From contig NC_087437.1 of the NCBI RefSeq assembly GCF_036321535.1, forward strand, positions 99,698,001 through 99,762,000: DNA of 64,000 nt. Direction: 5' to 3'. Under the pieces are notes generated by a model, which was not told the origin of the DNA, searched no databases, and saw only the letters and a list, made by a program, of their open reading frames with translations. Of the stretch, positions 33,945-45,435 are shown in pieces. The stretch is from Camelus dromedarius (taxonomy: Eukaryota). Made by a program: the position numbers and the translations under genes. Every line of letters begins with the position of its first letter. The first letter of the stretch is position 1.

Positions 33945-34075
33945 TTAATTCAGTTCAAAACGTGTTTATTGAGCACCTACTATATGCAGGACGCCATCTA
34001 GGTAGGTAATGGGGATGCAGTAGAGAACAGAACTGACAAAGGCTCTGCTGTCATAAAGCTTACATTCCAGTGGGA
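33945..34075 (-). mobile_element. L2 3' end
   Basis: TTTATTGAGCACCTACTATATGCAGG...GGGGATGCAGTAGAGAACAGAACTGACAAAG...AGCTTACATTCCAGTGGG. Confidence 0.8.
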
Positions 34076-34969
34076 TCAGGTATTAAGGAGGAAAAGTAAA
34101 TGAGCGTGTGTGCACACGCGCACAAATGTATAACTTCTAAATACACAATCAATAAAATTACAAAGGTTATGTGATGAGCAGGGAGAGCCTTTCTTTTTAC
34201 CTATTTGGGAACTTTCCCATCCCTTCCTTTCCAGAACACATCTTACTAGTTTGGGGGAAGTTTTGCCTGTGGTTCTCCACGTGGTTCTCAGGTGGTTGTC
34301 AATAAAAAAGCAGGTGCGCCCTAACCTGAAACCGTCATCCACTTCCACAAACATTGTGTTTAGTACCAGTGTGACCAAGCAACTCAAACTAAAGTAATTG
34401 GAATTCCCTGTTGGAATTATCTGCATTCCTTACAGAGATATAGGTTTATTTTCCTTTTGCTAAGTGAGCTTTATGTGCATACCTCCGGAATAATCTGCAT
34501 CCACATTTACTGACATTTGGAAAAATCCACTTTGTAGAAGGAAGTAATGAGAAGAAGAGAAACAAATAAGGATGAGAAGGAGATTTACAGACACATATAA
34601 AGGAGTCAGAGGACAGAAAGGGAAAGAGGAGAGACAGATAGAGACAAATAAAGAAGCAAAGAAAGACTTTTTTTTTTTTCCATTTCTAACCTTTATGCTC
34701 CTGGTTTATGATACTCTACTGTCTACCCAGCTACATAAACAAATAAAATCTTCAGTGTCAAGAGAAATTTGAGACAAATTTCTGTTATCTGCAACCAAAA
34801 CAAACCCAAGCTTGAAATTAATACTAAAATTATGTCGGAAAAAGAAGACCGTAAAGAGGAAAGTTGGCTGAGTTGAGGTGGACTAGGTTACAAGATGATT
34901 CCATCATCCCAGGATGGAAATTAGCAACCTTTGCTATGTCATAAGAAGCAGACTGAAAAGTTACCTGTC

Positions 34970-35006
34970 GTGCTTGCTTCGGCAACACATATACTAAAAT
35001 TGAAAG
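34970..35006 (+). pseudogene. 3'-truncated (tailless) U6 snRNA retropseudogene
   Basis: GTGCTTGCTTCGGCAACACATATACTAAAATTG matches U6 nt 1-33 (GTGCTCGCTTCGGCAGCACATATACTAAAATTG) with 2 mismatches. Perfect 15-bp TSD GAAAAGTTACCTGTC at 34955-34969 and 35007-35021; no poly(A). Confidence 0.93.
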
Positions 35007-35699
35007 GAAAAGTTACCTGTCAACACTTTGGGTTCCATATGCTTACTGAGGCTGAAGCTTTAGGAGACTTGCTAGAAAATATCAGCACTCGTGGAGTAGA
35101 TTTAAATCCTTTCCTTCAATAAGGTCCTGAACTGATGTCACAAGCTTTTATATAAACTGGCCCCTCCAAAATTAGAATGGGAATAGCACACAGGTTTGTT
35201 GAGGGACCTTGTCATCTGTTCTTTCTCTTCCTCTCCTCATTTAGCCCTCATTTAGCTTGGGACAAAAATATTAGGAACTGGCCATTTTGCATGAAGCATT
35301 AAATTATGTGATCCCCAAAGATCTTGGATTGTTGGCAAGAGGAAGAGAAGACAGAGAGGGGAGAATTCTGAAGAAATGGGAAAGAACTATCCTGCAGACC
35401 TGCCTGTATCTGGTTGAATTCTCTCGGTTTTAACTAACAAAATCTAATTCAGATTCATTTGAGCAAAAAAAAAAAAAACTTATTCATTTATGGAACTGAA
35501 ATCCCAAGGAACATCGGCTATATATCCAGGGACTCGAATGAAATCCACATGCCACAGTTTCTGACTACTTGCTCTGCGTCCCTCTGTGCTGGATCAATTC
35601 TCAGAGAAGTTCTCCTTTATTCAGAGAGAAAAGATACTTGTTAATTCAGAGAAAAACATTGTTCCTCTCTTCTAGTCTCTTATGTCAAAATCCAAATGG

Positions 35700-35945
35700 T
35701 CTACTTGAATATGATTGGCTTGGTTGTGTGATGTTGGGCACTCAATTTTCTCTATCTTATCTGTAAGGTAGGAGTAATAATTATAAAAATAATACCTGCC
35801 TGACAGTGTTGTGAGGAAATATGAGTTAATATATGTAAACTTGGCAAATATAAAGAGCTTGGCAAATGAAGTTCCAGAAAAAGATAAGCTTCTACAATCC
35901 ACTAGAACTCACTCATGCTAAGCTCGCATACTAGTTGTTATTGGT
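35700..35945 (+). mobile_element. MIR fragment(s)
   Basis: TGTGTGATGTTGGGCA...ATCTGTAAGGTAGG...AATAATACCTGCCTGACAGTGTTGTGAGGA...GAGTTAATATATGTAAA. Confidence 0.7.
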
Positions 35946-35989
35946 AGCACTAGTAGTAATAGTAATGATTATTATCACAGCAATTGTTT

Positions 35990-36150
35990 AAAAATTTTTT
36001 TAAGTTAAAACAATTATAGAATTCTTAATGTTTACTTTCTAGTTACAGTTATTACAAAATATTGGCTGCGTTCCCCGTGCTGCACAATGCACCCTTAGCC
36101 TATCTTATACCCAACAGTTTTTACCTCCCACTCCTTCACCCCCACCCCTA
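35990..36150 (-). mobile_element. Short ungulate-type L1 3'-UTR fragment with TSD
   Basis: GTTATTACAAAATATTGGCTGCGTTCCCCGTGCTGCACAATGCACCCTTAGCCTATCTTATACCCAACAGTTT, flanked by TATTAT(C/T)ACAGCAATTGTTT at 35970-35989 and 36151-36170. Confidence 0.8.
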
Positions 36151-37109
36151 TATTATTACAGCAATTGTTTTAAGCTATCCAGAATGCTTTCTGATCACTG
36201 TCCTTGAATTAACAGTACCAGTCATCTTAGAGGAACTCTACTCTTTCTATATGCAATACTGCATCTCCTAGACACAATGATTATTCTAAAAAATAAACAT
36301 GTTCAGTCAGAGAACTTTGCTGAAATTTTCTAAACAGGAAGTGAATGGGAGAAGCTCTTAATTCCTCTTGAATGAAAAGCCCTAACTGTGTATAAGTGAA
36401 GTCATGTAAGATTTGTTCCTGCTGTGTGGACATAGCTGATCTGAGAGGGTTAAGAGGGAGCTTATGGCATTGGTCACCCAATTCCAGTCCCTAAAACACA
36501 CTTTTTAACTCTTTTGATTTCACTTTTAGCTATTTCATTATTCTTTCCAGTCATGTTCATAAAAAAATTCCATTTTCATTTCTTAAGCTAAGATGAGCAG
36601 TTTCATTGCTCACAACCAGAAGTGATTGGAAAAAGGTAGAATGTTATTATAGTTGGTGAGTACCGTGCAGTTTGATAAATGACTTATAGAGAGTAAGTCA
36701 TCAAAAATTAACTCTGAGAGATTGCTCAGAGATCATTGAGAACTATGTCCTCTTAGTCATAGATGAGTAAATTGGTCTTGGAGAAGATTTGTTAGCTTGT
36801 GATTTCCAGACAAATCCAGCTGGCTGTTTCAGGCAGATCTTTGGACGATGTAAATAATTAGTGTGGCAACAGAAGAAGAGGTTTGAAGGAGAGGAGTGAG
36901 CTACAAGTCCATGGCCCAGACTATAAGAAATTCTGGCAATTGATTCTTATTACCCAAATGCAGAAGATCAAATTCACAAACAAAATGTCCATATATTAAT
37001 TTAGAATGAGAGATGACCATTCATCATGAGATATGCAAGTCATCTAAGAAGGCACTCAATTGCCTGTATATTCATTGGTTATTATGCATAAATATATTAC
37101 CTAATTCTT

Positions 37110-38180
37110 TATGCCGAGATAGTCTTTAAACAATGACATCCCGGAGACAACAAGCATACCCAGCACCCACAGGTTGGTTTCTACATATCACTCTCTTCTA
37201 AATATACCAGATATGGCTGATTCTGGGGTTGAGGCAGCAGAATACAAGATGAGCCTGGAGCGCCTCGTAGGTTCAGAAAGTAAGGAAGTATTCAAAAACA
37301 AAACAATGGGGTAATTGTCTAATGGACAAGAAGAGCCAACCTAAAAGACCCCAGTAGCCAAAGCAACAAAAAATGTAAGCAACAAAATAAATACTGTATT
37401 ATTCGATTATAAATCAAAATATAAAATAAATATACATGACTCCATATAACACAAATAAATGATTGATAAGTAAATAGGGAGAAGACACAAATCTTTATTG
37501 AAGAATATATCCAAATAATTTGTGTAGATTCTTTCTCTTACAGGTGATGGAACTTAATTCCCATCCCACCCCTTACACTTGAGGGTGGGCTACACTTGAT
37601 GACTTGTTTCTGAAGAATAGAATAGGGAATGAATAGGGAAGAGTAGTAACTTTTTAGTGCAGAAATGTGGCAAACACCACCTTAACCAAATGATAAAGGT
37701 TAAGATTTTTAGTGATTTCATGTGAATGTTATGTAACACCTTATTTGATGTTACAAGTATGATGTTTCACCCAGTTGGCATTTTTTAAAAAGCATAACTC
37801 TAGTGTAGCAATGAGAAAAACATAAAATAGCATCAGATTGGGGGACATTCAATGGGATATTTGGCCAGTATTCCTTAAAAAGCTCATGAGAGGGGAAAAA
37901 AAAAAAAAAGACTTAGAAACAGTCATAGACCAGAGAGACTGGGGATAATAGACAATTAAATACTGGTAAAATCCAAATAAAGTCTAGAGTTTAGTTAAGA
38001 AGAGAACAGTCATGCACCAATGTCAGTGTCTTAGTTTTGACAAATGTACCGTAACAATATAAAATGTTAGCCATTGGGGAAATTGGCTGAGGAGGTACAC
38101 AAGAACGCTTTGTATGATCTTTGCAAACTTTCTATAAATCTAAAATTATTCCAAAATAAATGTTCATTTAAAAAGTAAAA
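37110..38180 (+). mobile_element. L1MC3-like 3' UTR
   Basis: ACAAGATGAGCCTGGAGC...CAGAAAGTAAGGAAGT, GGCAAACACCACCTTAACCAAATGATAAAGGTTAA, TTAGTTTTGACAAATGTACC, AAATCTAAAATTATTCCAAAATAAA. Confidence 0.85.
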
Positions 38181-39099
38181 GTATTTGAATATTCTTAACA
38201 AACATTTTCATTAATTTATGTACACCTTGTTGCTTAAACTGATGCCACTATGAAAAATCGATTACAAAAGTAAGCAAACTAAAGTTGGGTTTTTAAATCT
38301 TTTCTTCATCTGCTTTGTATGTGTTCTTAATTTTTTTCAGTAATAAACAAGCAGGACTCGTGTAATAAAAATTAGTAAAAATTATTTTTAATATACAAAG
38401 TTGAATTAGACTTCTATCACTTAACTAATTAAATAGTGATAAACAGAAATATTGCTCATTAATGCTCACACTTAACATTCAGAAGATTTGGGGGACTCCA
38501 AGATTAATTCAGAATTCCAAACATATTTGGAAAGAAGATATGCTATACCATTAAAAATAAGCAATGCAATTTTACTGTCCAATATCTTTTTCATTCTGTT
38601 ATTTTCTGGAGCCAGTTTTGTTTTTAACAAACTTTAACAGTTGCTGATAAAAAGACCTTATTTATTTTTAACTCTTAATCAAGCAAGAACAATCTTTGTC
38701 TAAAAAATCACAGAGAACTCAATATTTAAATATTTCATCATGGCCTCCAATATAACTTGTATAAAGTTGAACTCATTATTTACAAATTTCATCAAATTCT
38801 ACAAACCTATAAACAACACTGCCATTATTCTTTTCTACTGTTAATGTGAGAAATCTTGTAGAAACTTGACTTTTTTCCATTTTTCTCCATCTTTTAAAAA
38901 ATTAATCACCAAAGTTGCCTACTTATTTTTTGCATTATCTATTGGAATCACAGCTTCCTTGCCATTTGGTCTACAACCACCATCACCCAAGGATTAAGTT
39001 TCTCATATCTGGATCATCAGCTGATCCTCCTACTCTCAGTTTGTCTATTGAGATTGTCATCCTGCAAAGGTCCCTATTGTTTACCATGATAGAACCAAG

Positions 39100-39490
39100 G
39101 GCCTTTTCTAGGACTTCAAGATAATCACACTGCCCTTTACTTATCTGCTTAATTTACTTTCCATTCAGTCAGGTGGTTTTCCTCTGTTCCCTAAACATAT
39201 CTCACTTTTTCCAGTTTTCACGAATTGCTTGACTCCATCTAGAAACATTTCTTTTCTTTCTTCTATTGAAATACTCATGTCAAGCCTTTATCCCTTCAGT
39301 CTACTCATTGAGTTGTCTTTGACCCATTACACTTACAACCAGCACCATGCAATTTAAAGATTGCTTTTTATTATTAAAGTCTTTTCCTTGAATAGATTAT
39401 GAATACTTGGGTAGCTGAGGTTATGTTTTATATTTTGCTTTCTCTCTCACAATGCTAGTATGGTGCTAGGATCAATAAATATTTGGAAAG
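39100..39490 (+). mobile_element. Decayed L2
   Basis: CTGTTCCCTAAACAT...TAGATTATGAATACTTGGG...GGTGCTAGGATCAATAAATATTTG, an L2-like terminus. Confidence 0.45.
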
Positions 39491-39799
39491 CACAAAAGCT
39501 ATTTTAGTGCCTCAAGGAATTGTATTATTTATGAGAGATAGCAAACATAGTTTTCTTCAAATTCTTTTCTGAGATACAGTCAAAGAACGGTAAAGATGGA
39601 GATTAAAAAAAAAAAAAATCAGTGCTAGTGTGAGTGATTCTCCTTTCCAGTTAGCCTACCAAAATAAGGACCTTGTTGTGATGGATGTAAGGAAGTATGA
39701 TGAAACAAAAAACTCTCAGGTTTTTAGCTAGACCCTACCAGTAAGTTCAGGCAAGCAAGCATTTGACTGGTACTTCCTTTTCACAGAAAACATTCTCAT

Positions 39800-41340
39800 T
39801 TCATAAAGTGGTTGGAAAGAATGTGATTATAACATGATGGGATTAGGTAAGAATCTCCCCCTTCTACTCTTAGAAATTGCCCCAAAGCAACAGAAATAGA
39901 AAGAAAACATGCAAAATCAACAAAACATATTGGATAAAACCAGGGGATATCTGAAATGCTAAATCACAAACTGGCTACCTAAATCAATGAAAAAAAGAAA
40001 CAGTAGTATGTGAAGATGCTAAAAGGAAAAAAAAAAATAAACCCTTAGCATATGTTGTCTAAAAAGTGGTGTATCTGTGGTATAAATCCAATACTTGAAA
40101 GAGTCTCTGTGCTTGAGTTAATTTCAAGGAAAAGCTAAGAAGATGAGACTCAACAATAAAATATCCAAGCCATATATGCAGGAAGCAGTGTGTTACTGAG
40201 GCTTGTAGGGATCAGAGAGGTTTAATCCTGAGTAACCCCACAGATGTCAATCTCAGTTGACTGGGTGCTAGTGGGGTGGAAGGGTCATAATGGTCAAGGG
40301 ACTTCCTTTGCATAAGCAACCTTGGAGTAGTAGGAAGATATTTGCTTGCCTTGTAATATGGTCCTGGCCCTTGCCTATATGAAATTTTTACAACTATGTG
40401 TCCCAGGAGAAAATCCCCTAACATTAGCTGGAATAAAATGAATAAAGAGGAGCCAAAACAAAAATAATGCAAGGGGGGAAAAAAGATGACTATTAGAAAG
40501 TACAAAGGATTACAGAAAAAGTGATACCTAGGTGATTCAAACAAAGAGGATTCAAATATGCACAATTTGTATCATATTAGGAAAATAAATGAAATAATGT
40601 AACAGAAAAAAAATTAAATGAAGTTGAAAGAATTACAAATGAATCAAAGAAGAGATCTATATATTCCTCCAGGAAAACTAAACAGAGAATTCACGAGGAA
40701 AATTGCTTGTAGATAGGAAAAAATGAAAGACTTCTGTGAGAAGAAATAATCACTGACCTTGCATTTCTCTAACATCTACAACTAGAAAGTTGTGGAACAA
40801 TGCCACATATAACTTTGGAAAGAAATGTACACAAAGCCAATGTATGTGCACATATGAAAAATTTAAACCCTTTTTGAGTATATAGAGCTCAGGGAACATT
40901 GTTCTCTGGAAGCTACTTTGTAGAAACTTTGAGAACCAGCTTCAGATAACCAAGATATGAATTGAGAAACAATAGTAAATGGATCATGAACAGTATTATA
41001 CATCAGTAAATCAAGTAATTACACTTAAAGAAAAGAATATCAATACTGTAAACCTGACACGGCCAAAATGATATAAAACAATAGTATTTGGTAACAAAAA
41101 GGAATGAGTAAGCCATAGGTAGTGTAATTACATTTTTTTTCATTTTAAGGCTAAGAATCCAAAGAGATCATTTATTATCTTTAATTAAATACCAAAAGTA
41201 TAAAGTCAAAAGTAAATAACAAAATCAACTAATGTTCTGTGGTGGAAAAAAGGAAAGAGAAGAGGAAGAGAGAATAATGTATAAACATCATTGCTTCTGG
41301 TAGGGAGTCAATAAACACTACATAAAATACAGAAGAATTA
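39800..41340 (+). mobile_element. Very decayed L1 5'/ORF1 remnants
   Basis: Strongly A-rich sense strand with weak L1 ORF1-end resemblance. Weak by-eye match. Confidence 0.4.
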
Positions 41341-41364
41341 GTCTGTTATTTAAAAACTAATTAT

Positions 41365-41736
41365 TCAGACTTAAAAAGGAAGGGAATGCTGACACATGCC
41401 ACAACATGGATGAACTTTGAAAACAATAGCTAAGTGAAATAACCCAGTCACAAAAGAATAAATACTGCACGATTTCACTCATAAGAGGTACTTAGAGAAG
41501 TCAGATTTGTAGAGATGGAAAGCAGGATGGTGTTTCCTAGGGACTACGGGGAGGAGAATGAGGAGCTATTGTTTAATGGGTGTAGAGATTCGGTTTAGGA
41601 AGATGAAAAAAGTACTGGAGACGGATGATGGTGATGGTTGTGCAACAATGTAAATGTACTTAATGCCACTGACTGTACACTTAATGGTTAAAATGGTCAG
41701 TTTTATGTCTTCTATATTTTACCACAATTAAAAAAG
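41365..41736 (+). mobile_element. L1MB-type 3' end
   Basis: TTAAAAAGGAAGGGAATGCTGACACATGCCACAACATGGATGAAC...GGTGATGGTTGTGCAACAATGTAAATGTACTTAATGCCACTGA...TTTTACCACAATTAAAAAA. Confidence 0.9.
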
Positions 41737-41887
41737 TCATTTTACAAAGATAAATAATAAACTGGAGTATTTATTATGAAGCTAATGAAGCAAAGGCTTC
41801 AAGACCCCTCTTGTGCAGATACTTTCTACATTTTGTTGTGATTCATGTAATGAGATTGTTTGAAAAACTATACAAGTAGCCTAGTTT

Positions 41888-41932
41888 TATAGATATATAG
41901 ATATAGATATAGATATATATAGTATATATATG
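41888..41932. repeat. (TAGATA)n/(TA)n low-complexity repeat
   Basis: Direct reading. Confidence 0.85.
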
Positions 41933-42384
41933 TGAACAGAACTAAGATGAAACATATCTTAATTTTAAAAACTATCAGTGGACCAAACTCACTTTTGTAT
42001 CATTATAAATATGAATCTTTATAGTGAGTACCAGCGAATCTCCTAAAACAAACTGACCCAGAGAGACTGAAAATGAAAGGATATGCCACTGTGTAATGAA
42101 TGAGGGTGAAATCCCATGGTGGCATCTAACAGATAGCTTTCTCTGCACAAAAGACTGTAGCATCAGCAGTCAAGCATAAAAAAAAAAAAGAAACTAACGA
42201 AAATACCTGAAGAATGTGGTATAAATGTGTTGGCCGTCGGTAACTTTTATTCACCTAAGTGCTCAAGTAGTTGTGAAATAAGTTTCTATATATTTTAAAA
42301 TTAAGGAGATGTACTAATTGCAATTATGTTAACTTTGTTCCGTGAATATAAAGAGCAAACCTAAGTTTTCTAGTACCCACTGTA

Positions 42385-42452
42385 CATTCACATGTGTGCA
42401 GGCATGCACACACACGTGTGCGTGCGCACACACACACTCACACACACAAACA
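42385..42452. repeat. Mixed (CA)/(TG)/(CG) alternating purine-pyrimidine tract
   Basis: Direct reading. Confidence 0.85.
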
Positions 42453-44069
42453 CATCCCTAAGAGCTGAAATCAGAGTGGTGAGTATGTGGGGAGCTATGA
42501 TTGTCCTGAGCCCAAATGCTGTTTTCAGGAACCTTGAGTTTGGGGGAAATTAATGACCACCTCTTGGGTCTGCAGAAGATGAGCAATTAAATCTGAGAGC
42601 CCTGCACGAGGCTGGGGACACCTAAAAAACAATGAGCTCAGTGAGAGCCTGGGTCAAAACAGCAGCGACAGCAACACGTGGAACCAGAAGGAGAGCTGTC
42701 TGTTTCTCCTACGGCTCTGGGTGGGCTCAAAACAGTGTTTCCTGAACCTGGTTAGCATGGGTCTGCCCCATTAATGTACATGACCTGAATTGGTCAGGGG
42801 ACCCTCAACATGAGAAATTAACTCAAAGTTCCAGGTTGTTAGCAGCCAGGTACTCACAGAGGCAGCCTCAGTTCTTCTGGGGAAATCCTTAATCTAGTAG
42901 AACAGGAAATTTCAAAGATGAAAGCCAGCGATCCGATTTAATTATTAACAAATGGCAACTACACAAAGACACAAGTTATGATCATAGAAGTCACAGGACA
43001 ATCATTTTGTTTATCAGATGCTAAAATAACTAAGCAAGAAAATATAAGGTAAACATGTATAAAATAGTTAAGGCAATATAATTGATTGGGGGAAAATTCA
43101 AATATCCAAAGACTTTAATTGCTGAAGAGTCTAATTAGTTATGAGGAACCAGCAACAGCTTGCCACAGACATAATCGTTACATTAATAGTAAGCATGGAC
43201 TGCTTCTCGCCATCAGGAAGTTTTCAAAGCACAAAATGATGAAGAAATCCAACTAGAGGACTCTATCACTAAACTTTATGTAGCAAAACACCGCCCCCCC
43301 CCCCTCCATTCCTGATGGACCGAATTGCAATTCTATTGCTTTTCTTCTAAGAGGCACTGGTTATCACCTACCCAGGAAAAATGCCTTTTGAAACTACAAT
43401 CTAAATGCTAGCCTTTGGTTTCTCTTGCCAAATTCAACTAAAAATCGTGTAAAAGGTCATATTGACATTACTTATGAGACTCATAATGACAGACGTTTAC
43501 ACCCTTGGCTAAAGTCACAGCTCCTATGGCCTGGAGACACATTTTCAAGTTTAAAAAAACTGGCTTACGAGTGTGTTATCTGTCCAACAATTACATCTGT
43601 TAGCAATGTACTGTATAAACTTTATAGCTGGTGAAAAACTTTAATAAGCTTTTGTAAACTGAGATTACATGGAAAAGGAAAATAACATTTTAGTGTTGCC
43701 TTCTGGGCCTCGTTCCTTTTCATTTCTCTGAGTCAGCAGCGTGTCCAAGCTCATGTCTTGGAGTGGTTAGCCAAACTCAGCCAACCTTTCCCCAATGTGA
43801 AATTCCTATCTAACAAAGGATCTAGGGCCTTTTAAATGTGTTGGCCCATGTTTGCAGACCTACAAGTGACAAAACAAATTGCTCAAATGGAAAAACCTTT
43901 CATTTAAAAATACAATCAGTGCAGACCACAGCTCCCTCATACAATCTTTGCGAAAGTCCTCCCTTCTCCAGGAAAGCCCAGAGCTGGATATTGAACAATA
44001 CTCCCCAGCGTGGCACTCTTTAACTGCATCTTGAAACCCCACATGTTTCGACTGGCTTTTCTTGAAGTG

Positions 44070-44468
44070 CCTAACTTATCTGTTACAAGTCTGCACTGCA
44101 CAGCTTTCTCTCTTCCTCAGTTTTGGAAGTCTAGTGGCCAGGTATTCTGTCTTCTTGTCTCTGGCAGCTATCGCTGCAGCATTTGACCTTATATGAGATT
44201 TATAATCTTGACAGTATGACCAGAGTTACTTGTGCCATGGAAGCTGTGGCATCCTGAGAAAGCCATGTCCAGTGACAGGGGACATCCCAGCTGGATGGCT
44301 CTGGTGATGAGAGCCTTGCTCTTTTCATGCTGCCTGTCCTTCCCCGTTTCTGCCTCTTTACTTGGCAACCCCATGGACTGTGCAAGTTGTCTGATAGCCT
44401 TCCACTCAGTTCCTTTCTGCTCAGACTAGAGTCCGTTTCTGTCACTTGCAGTGAAGAAGCCTGACTAT
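44070..44468 (+). mobile_element. Old MLT1-type LTR
   Basis: Ends with TTCCTTTCTGCTCAGACTAGAGTCCGTTTCTGTCACTTGCAGTGAAGAAGCCTGACTA, a typical MLT1 3' terminus. Confidence 0.55.
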
Positions 44469-44964
44469 CTCATCTAAAAAGGAAAGTGTCAGTCTTGAGG
44501 ATGCATATATTTTTATTCAGTCATTCACTCCATGAAATGCAGGTGAATTTTCTATATGTTGCTACCATTTCACTCTATCCTGATCTCTCCCTGCTTTCTC
44601 ATTTTTAAATTTGGATATCATTAAAGAAAGCACAAGATTAAATTTTTCTAACATACGCCTAACTCCCCTTTTTCACTGTTCTGAAGCGCATACAGTACAA
44701 AGGACCTGGGGCAGAAGCCAGAGGCTGGCAATTATTAGCTTTCATCCATTATCAAGTGTCTGTGAATGTGTTTCTTGGGGGTGAACTAACAAATATTTGA
44801 ATTGTTTGACTCTGAAAATCAGCTGCTTAAGAAATTGTGAGTTCTGGTAGAACTAACACCCAAAGAGAATATAAGTATAGAAACAATGAAAAAATTAAAA
44901 GTGACAGGGAAAGTTGTCTACAATAAGGGAAAGTAAATAAACTTTAATGTTATTCAAGTAAAAT

Positions 44965-45435
44965 TTAACTTTTCTTTAGTGTCTCCTCTGTGTGAGGCAC
45001 TGTTTCAAGTGATTCAGATCAGGGCTTCTTACCCTCAACGCTGTTGCCACACTGGGCGGGAGACTTCTTTGTTGTAAGCAGCTGTCCTGTGAATGTGGGA
45101 TGTGTAGCAGCATCCTTGGCCTTCATCTGCCCAGTTATACACAGTCCCAACTTATTTATGACAAAAAAACAAAAATGCTAGACATAGTCCATGTCACCTG
45201 GGTAGGGAGCAGGGGAATCACCACTGGTTGTGAACCACTGCTTTAGATGAATTACTCATTTAATCTTCAGAACAAATACATGAAATAGGAATTATCATTA
45301 CCTCCTTTTCACAGAAGAGGAAAAAGAGATACCAATGTTTGAGGTTGTTCAAAGTCAACCAACCAAACAGCTACTAAGAGGGAGAGCTTCGATTCAAACC
45401 TAGGCAGTCCAACCCCAGAGTTTTTGTTCATATTA
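44965..45435 (-). mobile_element. MIR interrupted by MER20
   Basis: CTCTGTGTGAGGCACTGTTTCAAGTG before the insert; ACTCATTTAATCTTCAGAACAA...TTTTCACAGAAGAGGAAA...GATTCAAACCTAGGCAGTC after it. Confidence 0.8.
45020..45240. mobile_element. MER20 hAT MITE, full length
   Basis: Termini CAGGGCTTCTTACC ... GGTTGTGAACCACTG; internal GCTGTCCTGTGAATGTGGGATGTGTAGCAGCATCC; degenerate 8-bp TSD ATTCAGAT / CTTTAGAT. Confidence 0.85.

Noticed and set aside
34076..34426. 116-aa minus-strand ORF
   Set aside because: No recognisable homology or exon boundaries, and it ends in a simple repeat next to L2.
34970..35006. Functional U6 snRNA gene
   Set aside because: Only the first third of U6 is present, the ACAGAGA box is missing, no PSE/TATA is evident, and a TSD flanks it.
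35235..35256. Short tandem duplications (CCTCATTTAGC x2; also a 17-mer x2 at ~45467-45500)
   Set aside because: Two-copy local slippage duplications are common, and there is no repeat-spacer architecture.
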